Below, in pieces: positions 13,501-26,400 of a stretch of DNA of 64,000 bases. The position numbers were made by a program, and so were the translations under genes. Below the pieces are notes generated by a model, which was not told the DNA's origin, did no database searches, and worked only from the letters and a program-made list of their open reading frames with translations. Location of the stretch: NCBI RefSeq assembly GCF_031769215.1, contig NW_026782168.1, positions 62,001 to 126,000 of the forward strand. The letters run 5' to 3'. The stretch's first letter is position 1. Each line of letters opens with the position of its first letter. This stretch comes from Ylistrum balloti (lineage: Eukaryota).

Positions 13501-13516
13501 GGTATTTCAAAGTTAG
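1514..13516 (+). CDS. CCDC125: Coiled-coil domain-containing protein 125 (spliced gene)
   Basis: GT-AG exons: 1514-1940, 3522-3583, 5752-5838, 6503-6562, 7040-7125, [unresolved exon about 7541-8001], 8596-8717 (or -8759), 10652-10759, 11611-11806, 12966-13096, 13400-13516. Peptides GDLGLGEGLRPG, EVEELKIDLE, LAVIGACKCRGTEPEPCGCAMAAA, RDEAYMTADAYHMAFEEQL and LHDRTEALANKK match, in order, recalled human CCDC125 segments GDLGYGLGRKPG, EVEMLKTELE, LAVLGACLCHGPGGNPCSCARMAA, KEEAYVMADAFRIAFEQQL and LNDKEEALAHQR. Phases fit everywhere except between 7125 and 8596. Confidence 0.88.
2600..3116 (-). pseudogene. Decayed intronless SGNH/GDSL-hydrolase-like ORF (probable retroelement relic)
   Basis: Joining minus-strand frames gives MSSFILLRSSYIIRRM...FFGQGGLRTD...CAIFHIERND...KEVWVAEIIT...INKLLHKRFG...YLPDLFHL, i.e. 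degenerate SGNH blocks I, II, III and V in order, with stops and at least one frameshift. Confidence 0.55.
4325..4590. repeat. Degenerate ~26-bp tandem repeat
   Basis: Successive 26-bp units such as aagcagtgaccaccagactgacattg, tggaagtgacttccagactgaccttg and gagcattgaccactggactgttttag. Confidence 0.6.
7597..8116 (+). repeat. 47-bp minisatellite in CCDC125, apparently exon-derived
   Basis: Unit cacagaatctgtgtgagtacaaatgtttgagttaatggctgcttgtt, about 10-11 copies; period 47 measured at 7802/7849. Each unit contains GTGAGT. Confidence 0.9.
8886..9605. repeat. Minisatellite with ~37-bp A/B monomers forming a 74-75-bp dimer
   Basis: gacaaactcagtagtgacaaagtaagccaacttaaag alternates with gacaaacccgatagtgaaaaagtcaccaatcacaaag; A monomers start at 9093, 9168, 9242 and 9316. 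Confidence 0.9.
10040..10440 (+). mobile_element. Degenerate non-autonomous Helentron-associated (HINE-like) element
   Basis: 5' ttttaagctcactcagccctgatgtgc hairpin-like start followed by a tgtctgtctgtc microsatellite and internal repeats containing ccttggggaaggg / cttaggtgaaaggg. Confidence 0.35.
12053..12395. repeat. Inverted repeat with ~67-bp arms and ~210-bp spacer
   Basis: 12053-12119 (caggggtt...cactttcgctctctgcagccctggaatatgccatggcaaaattgaagg) is an imperfect reverse complement of 12329-12395. Confidence 0.8.
12569..12765 (+). mobile_element. tRNA-derived SINE
   Basis: A box TGGCGCAGTGG and B box GGTTCGAATC, followed by ggttttacctgagtactccagtttcctcccac, which resembles the conserved core of V-type SINEs. 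No complete tRNA cloverleaf or 3' acceptor strand. Confidence 0.7.
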
Positions 13517-14639
13517 AGAAATCAGTCCATGAGAAACAGAATTCCAGAGGAAGGCATATTGTTTGGTCAAATACCGTGGTAATTCTTCTGTTTGTTGCTG
13601 TAAAAAAAACAACAGCAAAAAATTTCTTTGATTGCAAACAATGAAGTCAAGGTTGGTGTCTCCAAAAGTGTTAGCAGGTGAGAACAAATCGTTTGACTGA
13701 TGCAATATTGACCTTTAACCTTGATTGTGTTGACTTTGACAGAACTGCCTTCCTTGTCCATTAATAATGTTGGGAGCAACAGTGATAATTAGGTTTACAT
13801 ATTTGTTTTAACAGAATGTATCAAGACTCACAAAAATGTATTGTGTTAAATGGACAATTTTTTCAATAATTTTGTTTTTACTAGAAAAGAATCATTAAAT
13901 TGTTTTAAATGATCAGTACAGTTATAGAAATTAAACATATTGTTTAATGAAATCTTGGTTTCATAGATTGACATTTTGATGTATTTGACAGGTAGATTTT
14001 TTCTATTCTAGGTGTGGAACCACTCCCTACCCCCAAGCCCCCCAACCCCCAATAAAAATTTTCTATGAAGCATTCTTGATTTTTGGGTCCCGAAAATTAT
14101 TTATTGGATGAAGTTTCTAGTGACCATAGGGGTCGGAAGTTCAGGCAATAATTGGAACTGGTGATTGAAACATGGCATATAGGTTTTTTTTTACATGTTG
14201 TTGTATATCTACATTTTATGTACTGTTATTGTAGTGCTAAATTCTATAGGATTAATATATTTTTCTGGGAAGGGGCTTTAGTTATTGTTTTGTATTTCTA
14301 TAAATATTGTTAATGTTTTAAGAATTATTTCATTATCCAGAAAATAAATTTGAAAATGTTTATAAGTTAATTTTCAAATTATCATTAAAGATACAATTAA
14401 TTTTACCTAGTTACATAGATGTTATATATTAAATTAGTACTAAGGACAGAAGCCATATATGTGAAGTGCTTTGTGTAAGTATGGATGTACATATAGGGAT
14501 TGCAATGAACCTAACACAGAGGGAGGCCAGGGACAGTTGTGTGTTTAAAGGGCCTGTGTATAAATGTGAATGGCATCCATCTTGAATTCCTGTTGCAAAT
14601 TTGCTATGATGCATCCTTGGGACTAGAGAAATAAAACAC

Positions 14640-15385
14640 TGTTTTATGGTAACATATGGGGAAATGTTTAATTGTAACATATGGGGATTGTTTCATGGTA
14701 ACACATGGGGAATGTTTAATGGTAGCATATGGGGAAATGTTTAACGGAAGCCTATGGGGGATTGTTTAATGGTAAATATTGGGGAATGTTTAGTGATAAT
14801 GTATGGGGGAATGTTTTAAGTGTAGAGCATTGGGGAAGGTTAAATGATAAAGTATGGGGAATGTTTTATGGTTGTGTATGGGTAAATGTTTAATTGTAAC
14901 GTATGGGGATTGTTTAATGGTAACACATGGGGAATGTTTAATGGTAGCATATGGGGAAATGTTTAACGGAAGCCTATGGGGGATTGTTTAATGGTAAATA
15001 TTGGGGAATGTTTAGTGATAATGTATGGGGGAATGTTTTAAGTGTAGAGCATTGGGGAAGGTTAAATGATAAAGTATGGGGAATGTTTTATGGTTGTGTA
15101 TGGGTAAATGTTTAATTGTAACGTATGGGGATTGTTTAATGGTAACACATGGGGAATGTTTAATGGTAGCATATGGGGAAATGTTTAATGGAAATGTATG
15201 GGGATTGTTTTATGGTTGCGTATGGGTAAATGTTTAGTTGTAACGTATGGGGATTGTTTAATGGTAACACATGGGGAATGTTTAATGGTGGCATATGGGG
15301 AAATGTTTAATGGTAATAATGGGAAATATTTATTGTAGAGTATTGGGAATGTTTAATTATAGAGTATTGCGGAATGTTCAATTGT
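14640..15385. repeat. G-tract satellite: ~22-bp monomer in a 222-bp higher-order repeat
   Basis: Monomer like atggggaatgtttaatggtagc; the same variant order restarts at 14681, 14903 and 15125 (period 222). Confidence 0.9.
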
Positions 15386-16489
15386 AGGGTATGGAGCTGA
15401 GAATTTTCTGAATCAAGAATGTTAGTTATGCTTAGTTTTAAAGACTTCACTAGACTTTAACTGTTTCAAACCAAATATGACAGTGTTCTACAAATGAATT
15501 CTTTTAACCCTTTGGTAAGGAATTATACCTGAAATGTCCAACAACTTCATATGTAAGTCATCTCCTCCTGAAGGGCTACACATTGAAGTGCTGCAAAAAT
15601 TGCTTAGGACTTACAGTCCCTTGGTCAAATAAGGAATGTTTAGATTCCCAGCTTGTGTAATCAAGGTAATTAAGAATTATGATTAACTACGAGTGTTAAG
15701 TTTCACCTATTGAACAAGACGTTTAACATCATAACATAGAATATGGTGATATCACTGTATTTTGGAGCCTCAGAATCAGTTGCTTTATGAAGGTTGAGGG
15801 CAAGATAACAGAAAGAGATATCTGAGTAATACAGGCCCTATGAACCTCTTTGTTTATTATTTTAGCAAATATAGGGGAAAATAAACAACATAAAACAGAA
15901 GGAAATAATTAGAATAGGAATTGCTTGAAAGAGATGTACAATTGATAATGTTGTATTCTTGTATTAGTAGAGGTTATATTACATAAACAATCATGATAGT
16001 ATGTGTTAGTGGTATGCGAAATCACACACTAATCTGTAATTATACGCTACCTAAAGTGTTCTGCCACCAGTGTAAATCAAATATTTATGTTGTTGTTGTT
16101 TGTATTCATACAGGTCTGTTGTACAAAAGTCACAAAACTGAACAGGAAATGAACGATGTGAAAAATGTTTTTTTATATACCGGTAACTGTTAGCATTGTT
16201 GTTATAGTGATGTATTTAAATCATATACAGTTGAATGTTATAATTTCCATGAATCATAATGTTATGAACCAAATACAAATAGGTGCCATCATTAAGCTTT
16301 TGTTTGATCTGTAAATTGTGCTTATGTAAAATTGATATGTTATGACAGATGAGATTTTTATCACTCCAGACCAAAGGTAATAGACGCATTTTTTCACTGC
16401 ATTTCTATTTGTTACTTGCATCACTTGTGGGAAAATTCCTACCTTTTTGACAAATGTGAAATTCACACTCATATGTATTTATTTTTCTT

Positions 16490-17230
16490 TATTTTTTGGC
16501 TCACCTGGCCAAAAGGCAAAGTGAGCATTAGCTGTGGCACAGCATCTGATCTCTGTCAGTCTATAACTATTCCAATGTCAACTTCTACTCACTAACCAAA
16601 CAACCAAGAGTCCTAGCTGGTATGTTCCTACGGTAAAGTCTAACAAAATCTGTGAATAGAAATGACCTTGACCCAAATGTAAAAAGAAATAGTCTTGATC
16701 CATATTCAAGGTTACAGATAAAAAAAAAATTTCTTCTCATTGACCAAAAAAGTCATGATATTTGAATGGTAAGTTCCTGGGAAGAAGTTTGACAAAATTT
16801 ACATAACTGAAATGAGTTCAACCCATATTCAAGGTGACAGGAGTCAACTTTGTTAAATCATTCAGTTAACATCTTCTGATCAACCAACTCCTGATTAACC
16901 AAAATATGGGTTCCTGGGTTAAAGCCTTGTCAATTTTGTCCCAATAACATCATTTTGACCCATATGCAAGGTTGCAAGGATCAAATTCATTAAACACTCA
17001 AATTCCACCTTCTCATTAACCTAAAGACATTGACCTATGATACATGGCTGTTATGTTACTGGGATGAGGCTATAAGAAATAACGTTTACCAGTAGTCAAG
17101 GTCACAGAGGTCAGATTTGTTGAAACTCTCATATGAGGAATTCTAATTACCTAACAGGTGATGAAAACTGCTAAAGTTGGTGAATAGAAATGACCTTGAC
17201 CCATACTCAATGTTACAGGGATGAAATATA
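16490..17230 (+). mobile_element. HINE-like element with internal tandem repeats
   Basis: 5' tttttggctcacctggccaaaaggcaaagtgagc hairpin; internal recurring aaatgaccttgacccatattcaagg(t/c)acag units. Confidence 0.5.
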
Positions 17231-18551
17231 TTTTCCAGTTCTAGATAAATAATGTTAAATCTTGAGTGTTATAATCGTAGTAGTTTAATCTAATTGTCAA
17301 TTATGTTAGATGAAAACATACTTGGAAAAGAATTGAAAACCAGGTGCGTGATGAAAGCCCATTGGACCTCTTGTTTAGTACTTTAATCTATGCATTGATT
17401 CAATCAGAGCCGTTGTATTTGTTAAATAGAAATGATAAACCTGTGTTTTTGTTTTAATTCAATTTTTTTGTAAATGATACAGTTTGACTAAATAACTATG
17501 CAGGAAAGCGATCATATTACTGACCTTAAAGATGAAACTCCAGGTCTAACATTTTAAACATATCTCAGGGTGATTTTATTTCAAGATTTTGAAGCAACTT
17601 TAAGGTCAAGCATATACTATAAAGACTTAATATAAAGGCTTCAGCTCAAACTTCATCCTAAGTTCAACAACTATAAAGACAATGGGACCAAATTTAACTG
17701 TTGTGAGATACAGGGGTGTTCAACATCCCAGGTTTCTTTCTAGAAGCATGGTGGCAGATAAATCCTGGGATGATGCAGTGAAGTTGTGTAGAGACTCATG
17801 ACTCTGTGATAGCTTGTAGATAGGAGTTATCAGTTTTTAAGAATTGGTTTGACAACTGTGAATTCTGACATATATATTAAATGTTTCAAAGAAGAATAAA
17901 CTTCATCAGACATGTCATCCAATAAACGAGTGTTTCATATGCATTGACTAAGTCTTCATGTTGTACCTATACCATCTAACAGTTATACAACAATTGTCTT
18001 GTGATTTTTGTTATAAAATTTTAACCATGTGAGTAATAATAACTACATGTCTTTGTTGAGATTGCAATATATGATAAACTCAAAAATCTCTCAGTGTCTT
18101 ATGTTTATTGTTTTAAAAGAAATCTCAAATTCTTTGTTACTTTTAAAGTTTTGTTAAAGTTGTAACTATTATTAGTAGATTGTAAACAAGTTATTATGCC
18201 ATTTTTTACACAATGTATGTATGTTTTTTTGTGAATCCATTCTTTGACAGTCCATCCATACATTCAGGTTATTGTCAATTTCTAATAAACAGAGTAAGAA
18301 CTGTGAAATCTGTAGGAGAACTGTTAAAACATTTGACAAGGTAGAATAAATAGAATGTTTTAGAATCTTTTCAATCATATATCCTTATAGATTGAATTCT
18401 GTGGATCTCCTAACCTAGACTTACAACTTGCCAATAATTCTGAAATCAATCAGGTGTTTCCTTAATGCTGGTATGCCTTTTCCTTGTAAATTTTTAGAGT
18501 ATTCTATTGTGTTCAATTTATTGATAATCATTCCACATGTTGCCAGAACAC

Positions 18552-18689
18552 TGACATTTGTTGGTGAAACGATGCCCGACAGTGGGGAGTAACAGAGTGA
18601 CATTTGTTGGTGAAACGATGCCCGACAGTGGGGAGTAACAGAGTGACATTTGTTGGTGAAACGATGCCCGACAGTGGGGAGTAACAGAG
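18552..18689. repeat. Three perfect tandem copies of a 46-bp sequence
   Basis: tgacatttgttggtgaaacgatgcccgacagtggggagtaacagag at 18552, 18598 and 18644. No spacers, so not CRISPR. Confidence 0.95.
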
Positions 18690-19904
18690 ATGGCCTTTCA
18701 AGTTCCTGAGACGAGACGATGAAATTACCAAAAATTAATGTCTAAAGATTGAAAAATATACATTTTTTTATTTTATGCAAAATTGCACAGCACAAAATTA
18801 TTCCAAGATACGGTATTTTGTTAGTTAGTTTATCTTTTTGTATCTACATGATGAGAGATGATTTTCTTAAAAAGCATCCAAGGAAAGACAACTGACATAA
18901 TTTCTATAAAAATCTAACCAAAGTCATGTTATTTTTACATTTTTGTCAATTTGTTTCATGGTGTTTGTTTTTGGTTGTTATTATGTTTTACCCAAAAGTA
19001 ATTTTCAATTTTTGTTATGTCTGCCTCATTATTATGTTTCTGCCAAACTTAATGTGTAATTTGTTGCTCAAAACCAATATATAATTTTATATATATATAT
19101 CTTGAACAATGATTTGTAATAGTTTGTAATCATATGTATAATTGTATCATAATATGTTTATTTAAGATTTATGAATGGTGTATATATATATGTTATGTAT
19201 TTTAGAACAACAGGTACAAACATGAATTTTACTGTAATGGTAAAATTGTTAAGATCTGTTCATTGTCTATTACATAGAGTTATCAGTATATTTTATGTAA
19301 AAGTATATAAAATGTTACCACAGGGATATTGGAATTTGGTCATTGGATTATCAACTTTACAATACTATATGTTCTGTAATAACACCATTGGGGGCTATCA
19401 CTTCTGACACAAAGTAGGGGTTTGGGAAGGGGTTTGACTCCAGGGTAATGATATATGGCATGAGATGGCATTTTTAGGCTAAATGTAACACATCAGTTTT
19501 AGCTGTTACTACCAATCCTTACTTTCTGATTGGTCAAAATATTCCAACAGATTTTCAGTAACCTCTGGTTCTAAATAAACTATGTAAATTGGGTGGGCTT
19601 ATTACCAGTCACAGTCTTATTATTGGTTAATGGGCTATACAGTGTAGTGTTCTGAGGGTTTGGTACTTCTACCACAGCCGCTAACCCTAGATACCTTGTT
19701 CATGAGTTAGTGATTACAATTTATATTAGTTTGTGCAAGGTAAAGATTATTTTGTATTTTTATTTGTAAAGTTACATATCTCAAAAAGATTATATTCATT
19801 CCATGAAAAATATCAAAAGCAATAGTTTTATAAAATATGTTAATTAAAATATACATATTTAATCGTTTAATCTATTAATCACTTAATTAAAACTTCGTAT
19901 TTTT

Positions 19905-20505
19905 TATTTTGCTCACTGAATTTTTTGGGAGAACGTATAGTTGCCACTTGTTCAATCATCTGTACTTTCATCATTTCTTTAATTTTGTCAGGACATAACT
20001 TTGCCATCCATTGAGCAAGGATCTTGAAACTTGGTGTATACATTGGTCATATTAAGGTGATGTGAAGTGTACCAATTTTAGTATCCATAACCCCTGAATT
20101 ACAAGGTTATTGTCCTTTGTTGAAATTTTGTGTCCAGTATACCAAATTCAGGGCCCACAACCCTTAATTACAGTGTTATGGCCCATCATTAAAATTTTAT
20201 GTCCAGAGCATAAGTTTTAATTTCTTGCATTTAAGCTAGGGTAATGAAATTTGGTTTATACATAATCAAACTTAGAAAATGTGCGATGTACCAAATACAG
20301 GGCCCACAACCCCTTTATAGAATAATTTCCCTTTGTGAAGATTTTATTTAAACTTGGATAATGAAATTTGGCATATACATAAAAGGCTGTACAGTGTACA
20401 AAATTAAGTGCCTGAAACCCCTAAAGCACAGAATTAATGCCCTTTGTTAAAATTTTGTGTCCAATAACGTTGTCTCCGGGGAAGCATTCATCAACTTTAC
20501 TGATA
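19905..20505 (+). mobile_element. HINE-like element with internal ~110-120-bp repeats
   Basis: 5' tttttattttgctcactgaa; internal repeats with aaacttgg/aaatttgg...taccaaat...cacaacccc motifs; 3' ccggggaagcattc motif. Confidence 0.45.
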
Positions 20506-21669
20506 CTCTTGCATTACAACAGTTACAATAAAAATTTCATCCAATTTTCAATAAATCACTGGTGTTGGGTAGGAAACTGTATACAGCATATGCTGTATCC
20601 AGACAAAAATAAAGCTTGCATAAGCAAAGAGATGACTACAACCCATTTTAGATACAGCTCTTATCAGTAAATCAATTAAACCCAGATTTGGGTGTAAAGC
20701 AAATGTGTCATCTACTTGTGCAACATAGTGCATTTTCAGTTTACTAAAATAACATGTTGTAAACAATAGATAGGAAAGCAAAACATATAGTAATATATAA
20801 CGCAAATTTAACGGACAATTATGATGGAAATTCAAGGAAAATGTAGTCCAAATTATTCTGACATTCTGTTGTATTTTATATATCGGCTTGGAGTAGATAA
20901 AAGTATGTAAAAATTGATAGAATAACACAGACTAGCAGAAAAGATACATGTACTAATTTACAGAATAATGTAGTGAATACTGTATTTGAAACATGATAAT
21001 ATTTATACCATTAGTTTTATTAATTTTGTTGAAGGAATTTTGTTTTTTGCCAGTGATTGTGTCTTTATGTTTGTTTTTAATTATTTTCTGAATAAACATG
21101 TTGAAATGATGATTATGACTTGTATTTTATTTGAAAAGAATATCAAAAAGCAAGGTTTTATCTTTTAGCGTCCGCGAAAAAAATAGGTCTTGTAAGAAAA
21201 AAAATCCAGACAACGATCGAAGTATATGTACTTTTTCCGGATTTTACAACCCGTCTTTCGCCTCAATCATTATATTCCAGGTGTAGCGCCATTTTGGTGT
21301 TGACGAAGAATATATCGAACATTATGTTCTCATACTTTTCGCATAAATACACATTGTGTTGATGGATATAACCAAAGAATACATATAATACAATTCTGCG
21401 TCTCTGAAATAGACAAATTTATTTGTATGTATACGTGAAAGGTGAGTCTTTGTCAGCGACCCACGATTGCGTTACCAGTTTCGACGGACGTTTATTGTAT
21501 ATGGGAGTAGAATGCGACCTAGATGGTTGTCTTGCAAATATCATTTTTTTCCTTTAATAGTCTGTAAAGACACATTTTTTAACTTTAAATGGGATGTAAT
21601 ATACCAGTTTGTTGGCTATCATTCTTTTCTCTTCCGGAAATCTAGCTCGGATTAAGATTTATTTGTTTA

Positions 21670-21703
21670 CGAGGACCAGAGACGTAGACGTCTCTGCGAG
21701 GAC
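21670..21703. other. 20-bp palindrome flanked by 7-bp direct repeats
   Basis: cgaggac-[cagagacgt ag acgtctctg]-cgaggac. Confidence 0.8.
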
Positions 21704-22359
21704 GTAACCAAAACTTTTTTTATTTTTTTTTTACTTTTATTCTCGATTTAGAGGTAGATATTAACATTGTCCTTGATTATGCTAAGGGTTCACACTTTGA
21801 CTTAGTGAATTTGTTGGTTATCATTCAGGTACTGATCATGAAGTACCGGCAAATCTGGTTATGTATTCAAATTAGATTGTGAAGCTAAATCTGCCTATAT
21901 AATTTATATAACAAGGTAGTTTGTTTATGTTTCAGTGAAAGTTTTATTTGATTTGCCCTTTGGTAAAGAATATATTGATAATCACTGGAGTAAAATCGTA
22001 AAATGTGCAGAGATATTAACTGTAGATGAAACTTCAAACTAAGGGTATAGATGAAGGCCCTGTATTAGGCCTAATATTAAATTCATCTGTAGGACTATAT
22101 CTATATTCCAATATTATGAGTCTTCTCCAAAATTTTAAAACTACATAATTCTAGCTTGACGTATACCAAAGACTTTACCTACACAGAGTAAATGGCTCTA
22201 TTAATTTTCCCAACTACTTTAATTATCTGACTTTGAATGAAAATAAGATTATTTTTATTCATGATTTTGATAATCACTTGTACACTATAAGATGTAATTT
22301 TGCTTCTCTAGAATGGGAGACCTTAATTATTATAAGCCTATCCCTTTCTAGCATCTGAA

Positions 22360-22552
22360 GGCCACAGTGACCAAGTGTTAAGGCTTCTGAGCATCTTCAT
22401 CACTAGTCCTCCACCTATGTCGTGTATTTGAAGCCTACATAGGGTTTTTCCACCAGGAGCTCAGGCTTTCCATCCACCAACCAAACCTGACATGTCCTTA
22501 AATGACCCTGGTTGTTAATAGGACGTGAAGCAACAACAAACTAAATCAAACA
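22360..22552 (+). mobile_element. Degenerate tRNA-derived SINE
   Basis: Head gccacagtgaccaagtgttaaggc, core gggtttttccaccaggagctcaggctttcc, 3' caacaacaaactaaatcaaac tail; similar to the copy at 44767. Confidence 0.55.
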
Positions 22553-23496
22553 TTAAGCTTATAATGATTATTGAAATAAAGCTGGTAGAGTATGATTATT
22601 GGTATCATAGAAAATGTCTTGTATATCATACTTATAACCATTACAGATTTGATATGTGCTGGGAGCTGATGTCATCAATATACAATCTTATATAAGTTTC
22701 AAAAATGAATTGAGCAAATTTTAAACTAAACATAAATCTCATATATATCATGTAACCTAGATACTTTTGCCAGAATTCAATGATGTTCAGTTTCTTGATT
22801 CGATATCTCTTCAGTGATGTTACAGTGATTAAAATGCAGTTATAATGTTACCATGGAAACCTTCCACCAATCACAACTCATAAAACGTTTGATTTTCTTT
22901 AAACATGTTCTACTGTGTGTATGAAAATACAGTTTTCACAAAGTTTACAAAATGAACTAATTCTGTCTTCTTGTATAATATAACTTACAAGATTTAAGTA
23001 ATGTAAAAAATTTGAACAATATCACTGACTTGAATATTTGATGAATTTTAAACTGAATGGCAATTTATAAGGAGATTCTACAGGCAATTTTAACAGGCAA
23101 ATTGTGAATTAGACTAATATTTTGAGACAAGTCTGTTGTTATACTTTTTTACATTTTACGATGACAATAGGAGTGGTTGTCTACATTTGAAGATCTTGTT
23201 TGGGACTTTCCTTGGAGGTCAATTGAGAAAATGATATATAAAAGCATCATTTCAGTCTTTGTCCTAATTGTTATAGGCCTTCTAGCAAATAAAATTATGT
23301 TAGATTTCTCTCTGATGTACTTGTCTTGTGAATAAAACTTTATCCTTATATAGAAAGCCATTTTTTTGCTAATTTATTAAATATACGCTTAACACTGGCT
23401 AATTGGTTGGTTTTTTAAGATTATGATGTCATATTGCCATTTGGCATCAAATCCTCTGACTATTTTTACAGATCTGTAGAAGATTGAAGACCAGTT

Positions 23497-26400
23497 ATGT
23501 ACAGGATGCATATTGTGGACTTTGTGGGGTTAGACCATTGCTACTCCAAACCCTGGAGTGCTCATCCAGATGCTAGCAATGCACGCCCAGTAAAGCTCCT
23601 CTTCATGACCAAGCCAACAAAAACACAGACAACTCCAGACCAACTTCTAAGGTACAGGAAATTTAATCAAAACCTTAATAATGTTGATATCTTAGAATTA
23701 TATTACTTCCACTGTGGAGATGACACAACTACTTCTACAGAACTCTGTTTTAAGTGAAAAGAGGGCTGCATACACAATGACCTTCAAAGGATACAATGTG
23801 TGTGTTTGGAATATAGCAAACAGTAAGTGGTAAACATGAAATGTTTTACTTGCAGTGCCCGGGATATTGAGATAGACGTGGTAGGAGACAGTGTTATTCC
23901 TCCACCTCCTTATGAGATGGCAAAGGCTCGTAGTCTCATGCATGAATGTGATCGCAGTGTTAACTTTGCCCGGACAGAAAATTGTGCTGATGATGCTGAG
24001 GACCATGTTAGCAAGTAATGATTTGTTTCCATATATATAGCTTGTATACATCTGTCATTTTGTATTACTGTTTCTTCCATGTTTACATTCCTTTATTCTA
24101 ATGAAATGAATAAAGTTGACTGTCAAGGATTTCAGACTATTCTGATTGTTAAGGATCTTGTCATTTTGACAGGGATTATAGTGTAATACTATAAGTATGG
24201 TATATAATGGAAAGTAGAATAACAGAAACTAGTGACTTGATACAAAGATAAAGGAGACCTCAAATGTCTGAATATAGCTGTCCTATCAGGACCGGTGTAA
24301 TTTAGCTCCATAAACAGCTTCTCTTCACTCCAAACCAAAGTAGACCTGTGCATTTCTTTTGAATTAGATATTGATATGTTAACTTCATGAAGTTGTAAAC
24401 TAAATTGAAGTTTACAGTATTTCAGTTTCTTCCTATTGCATGGGTAGACATCACAAAAGCAGCCTGCAGGCAGATAAAATTTTCTAGAAAATGAACACAT
24501 CCTCATTTACATTTATGCTTTATATTTTTAACTTTAACCCAAGATTGCATTACATATTTAGAATTTGAATGAATTAAACATGTTTGACATCTTTATAGGC
24601 TAAGAACAGTTTTATCACAAACATAGTAAATACCATTTTGATCATGATAAATAATGAAAGTCTACATACTAATTATAGGATTTGTTTCACTTAAAATCAT
24701 TTAATATCTGATTGTTTTGCAGTCATTACTCAAAATCTTAACATCAGATGTATCTGTATTTACATTTGAAGTTAAAATCTCTCTTTTGTTTTTCTCAATA
24801 CTTTTTTTTTTCAGTTTTATCAGATATTCAAATTCATTATACAGTAGATATCATCAAATCTGGTTTTTTCGGGGGAGCATATATTCAACACCTTGTCTTT
24901 CTTTTCTTCCTGTTACTTTTCAGTTGTTGTCTTTCATTTTCATGTCATCACTTCATTGCTTCATTTCATCGCCTCATTTCATTCATCCAATAAATAAACG
25001 AGGTGCGATTTTTAGTGTTGTTACTTGCAGAGTGGGATGGACGCTACAGCAAAACCGATTGTATAACAAAGTAATGAAGGCATTACAAGGTGACAGACTG
25101 TCTAGACTAGCCTACCACGGGGTAAGAGTAAACTTAGAAATGATATTTCAACAGAATTCTGAATCACACGTTAATGTTATAAAGACTGTTCAAAATCATA
25201 TGAAAAGATATTCAGGCATTTCCTTAAGCTTATAGTGTTAATCTTTAAATGAACTTGCCAGTCAACTTGAGCCAAGAATACTAGTAATATTTAGATGTGC
25301 CTAACGTTTGTTACTGGAATGTAATTTACAGTGTAATACATTATTTATTAACATGTTATTTATATTATGTTGTACATGGAGAGGACATTGCTATTGAGGC
25401 AACCTACATATAGATGTTATGTAGTCATTTTTATCATCATTCATAAACTTTGTGTTAAAGCTGTAGAAACATTGTCAAATCTTTTTCATTATTGTATCCA
25501 AGCATCTCTTTGATAGTGATAGAATTCAAACATTGGCGTGTTTCTGTAGCACCACAATGAACCTGTGATGAGACGGATACACATAGACAAGACTGCACGA
25601 AGGATCCGACAGGCACTGGCTGGGGTGTCTTGGGTAAGCTTTGTTAGCCAAACACCACCCGGTCTCTGAGTTTCAATATATTATGGAAAAGCAATTTCTT
25701 GATTAAAGAATGAGAATATGTGTGATGATCTTTGATATCTCAGTAATTTTTGGGACTCAGATATTTGAGTCTTGGGCTCATGCTTTTCTTGCGGGACTCC
25801 CTCAAATTTTGAGAACTCATTTTATCTCTTAGTATTGAGACTCATCAAAATTTTGGAATAGGTATTCTGGACTTGCCTGAAAAAGTCCTACAAAAATTAT
25901 TGTATGTTTCGTGGTGTATTTATTTGTATTGTGATTGTGTGACTTTCTTGTTTTTTTAGGACCCACGTCTCACCCAGTGGTTACATGGTGTGCTGCTCGA
26001 CAGCCTCAGTGTGCCAGTCCTCAGTGCTTACCTAGATGTTCTACAGACTCTCAAGTCAAAGGTCATAATGGCAGTCACATTTTGAAAATTATCAACTTCT
26101 TAAATGAAATTATTTCTGTTCTAACTGCTCCTATTACATTGAATATGGAAGGTACTCTCTAATTTTTTAAACCAGTGTGACAATCTATTTGAACAAACAA
26201 ATACTGCTCTAATTGGATGTCATGCATTTTATCAATAAGTTTTTATCAAAGTTTCTACAAATGAAAAAGGGGATTAAATCGTAGTTTCAATATATTTACA
26301 GGTACCTTCATTAATTGAGAAAATGATTGCCATGACTGCAGCAGGAGGCAAGACACCTGCTGCCTCAGTTGATGCTCTCAACCTGCTCCTTAAACGACCT

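Noticed and set aside
17895-17920. Second hammerhead candidate (minus-strand CTGATGAAG...GAAAC)
   Set aside because: No stem II can form between the core boxes.
18552-18689. CRISPR-like array
   Set aside because: Repeats abut with no unique spacers, and the context is eukaryotic.
24717-25235. 172-aa ORF as a separate membrane protein
   Set aside because: Only 25031-25121 is a KANSL3 exon; the rest is T-rich intron that translates as hydrophobic residues.
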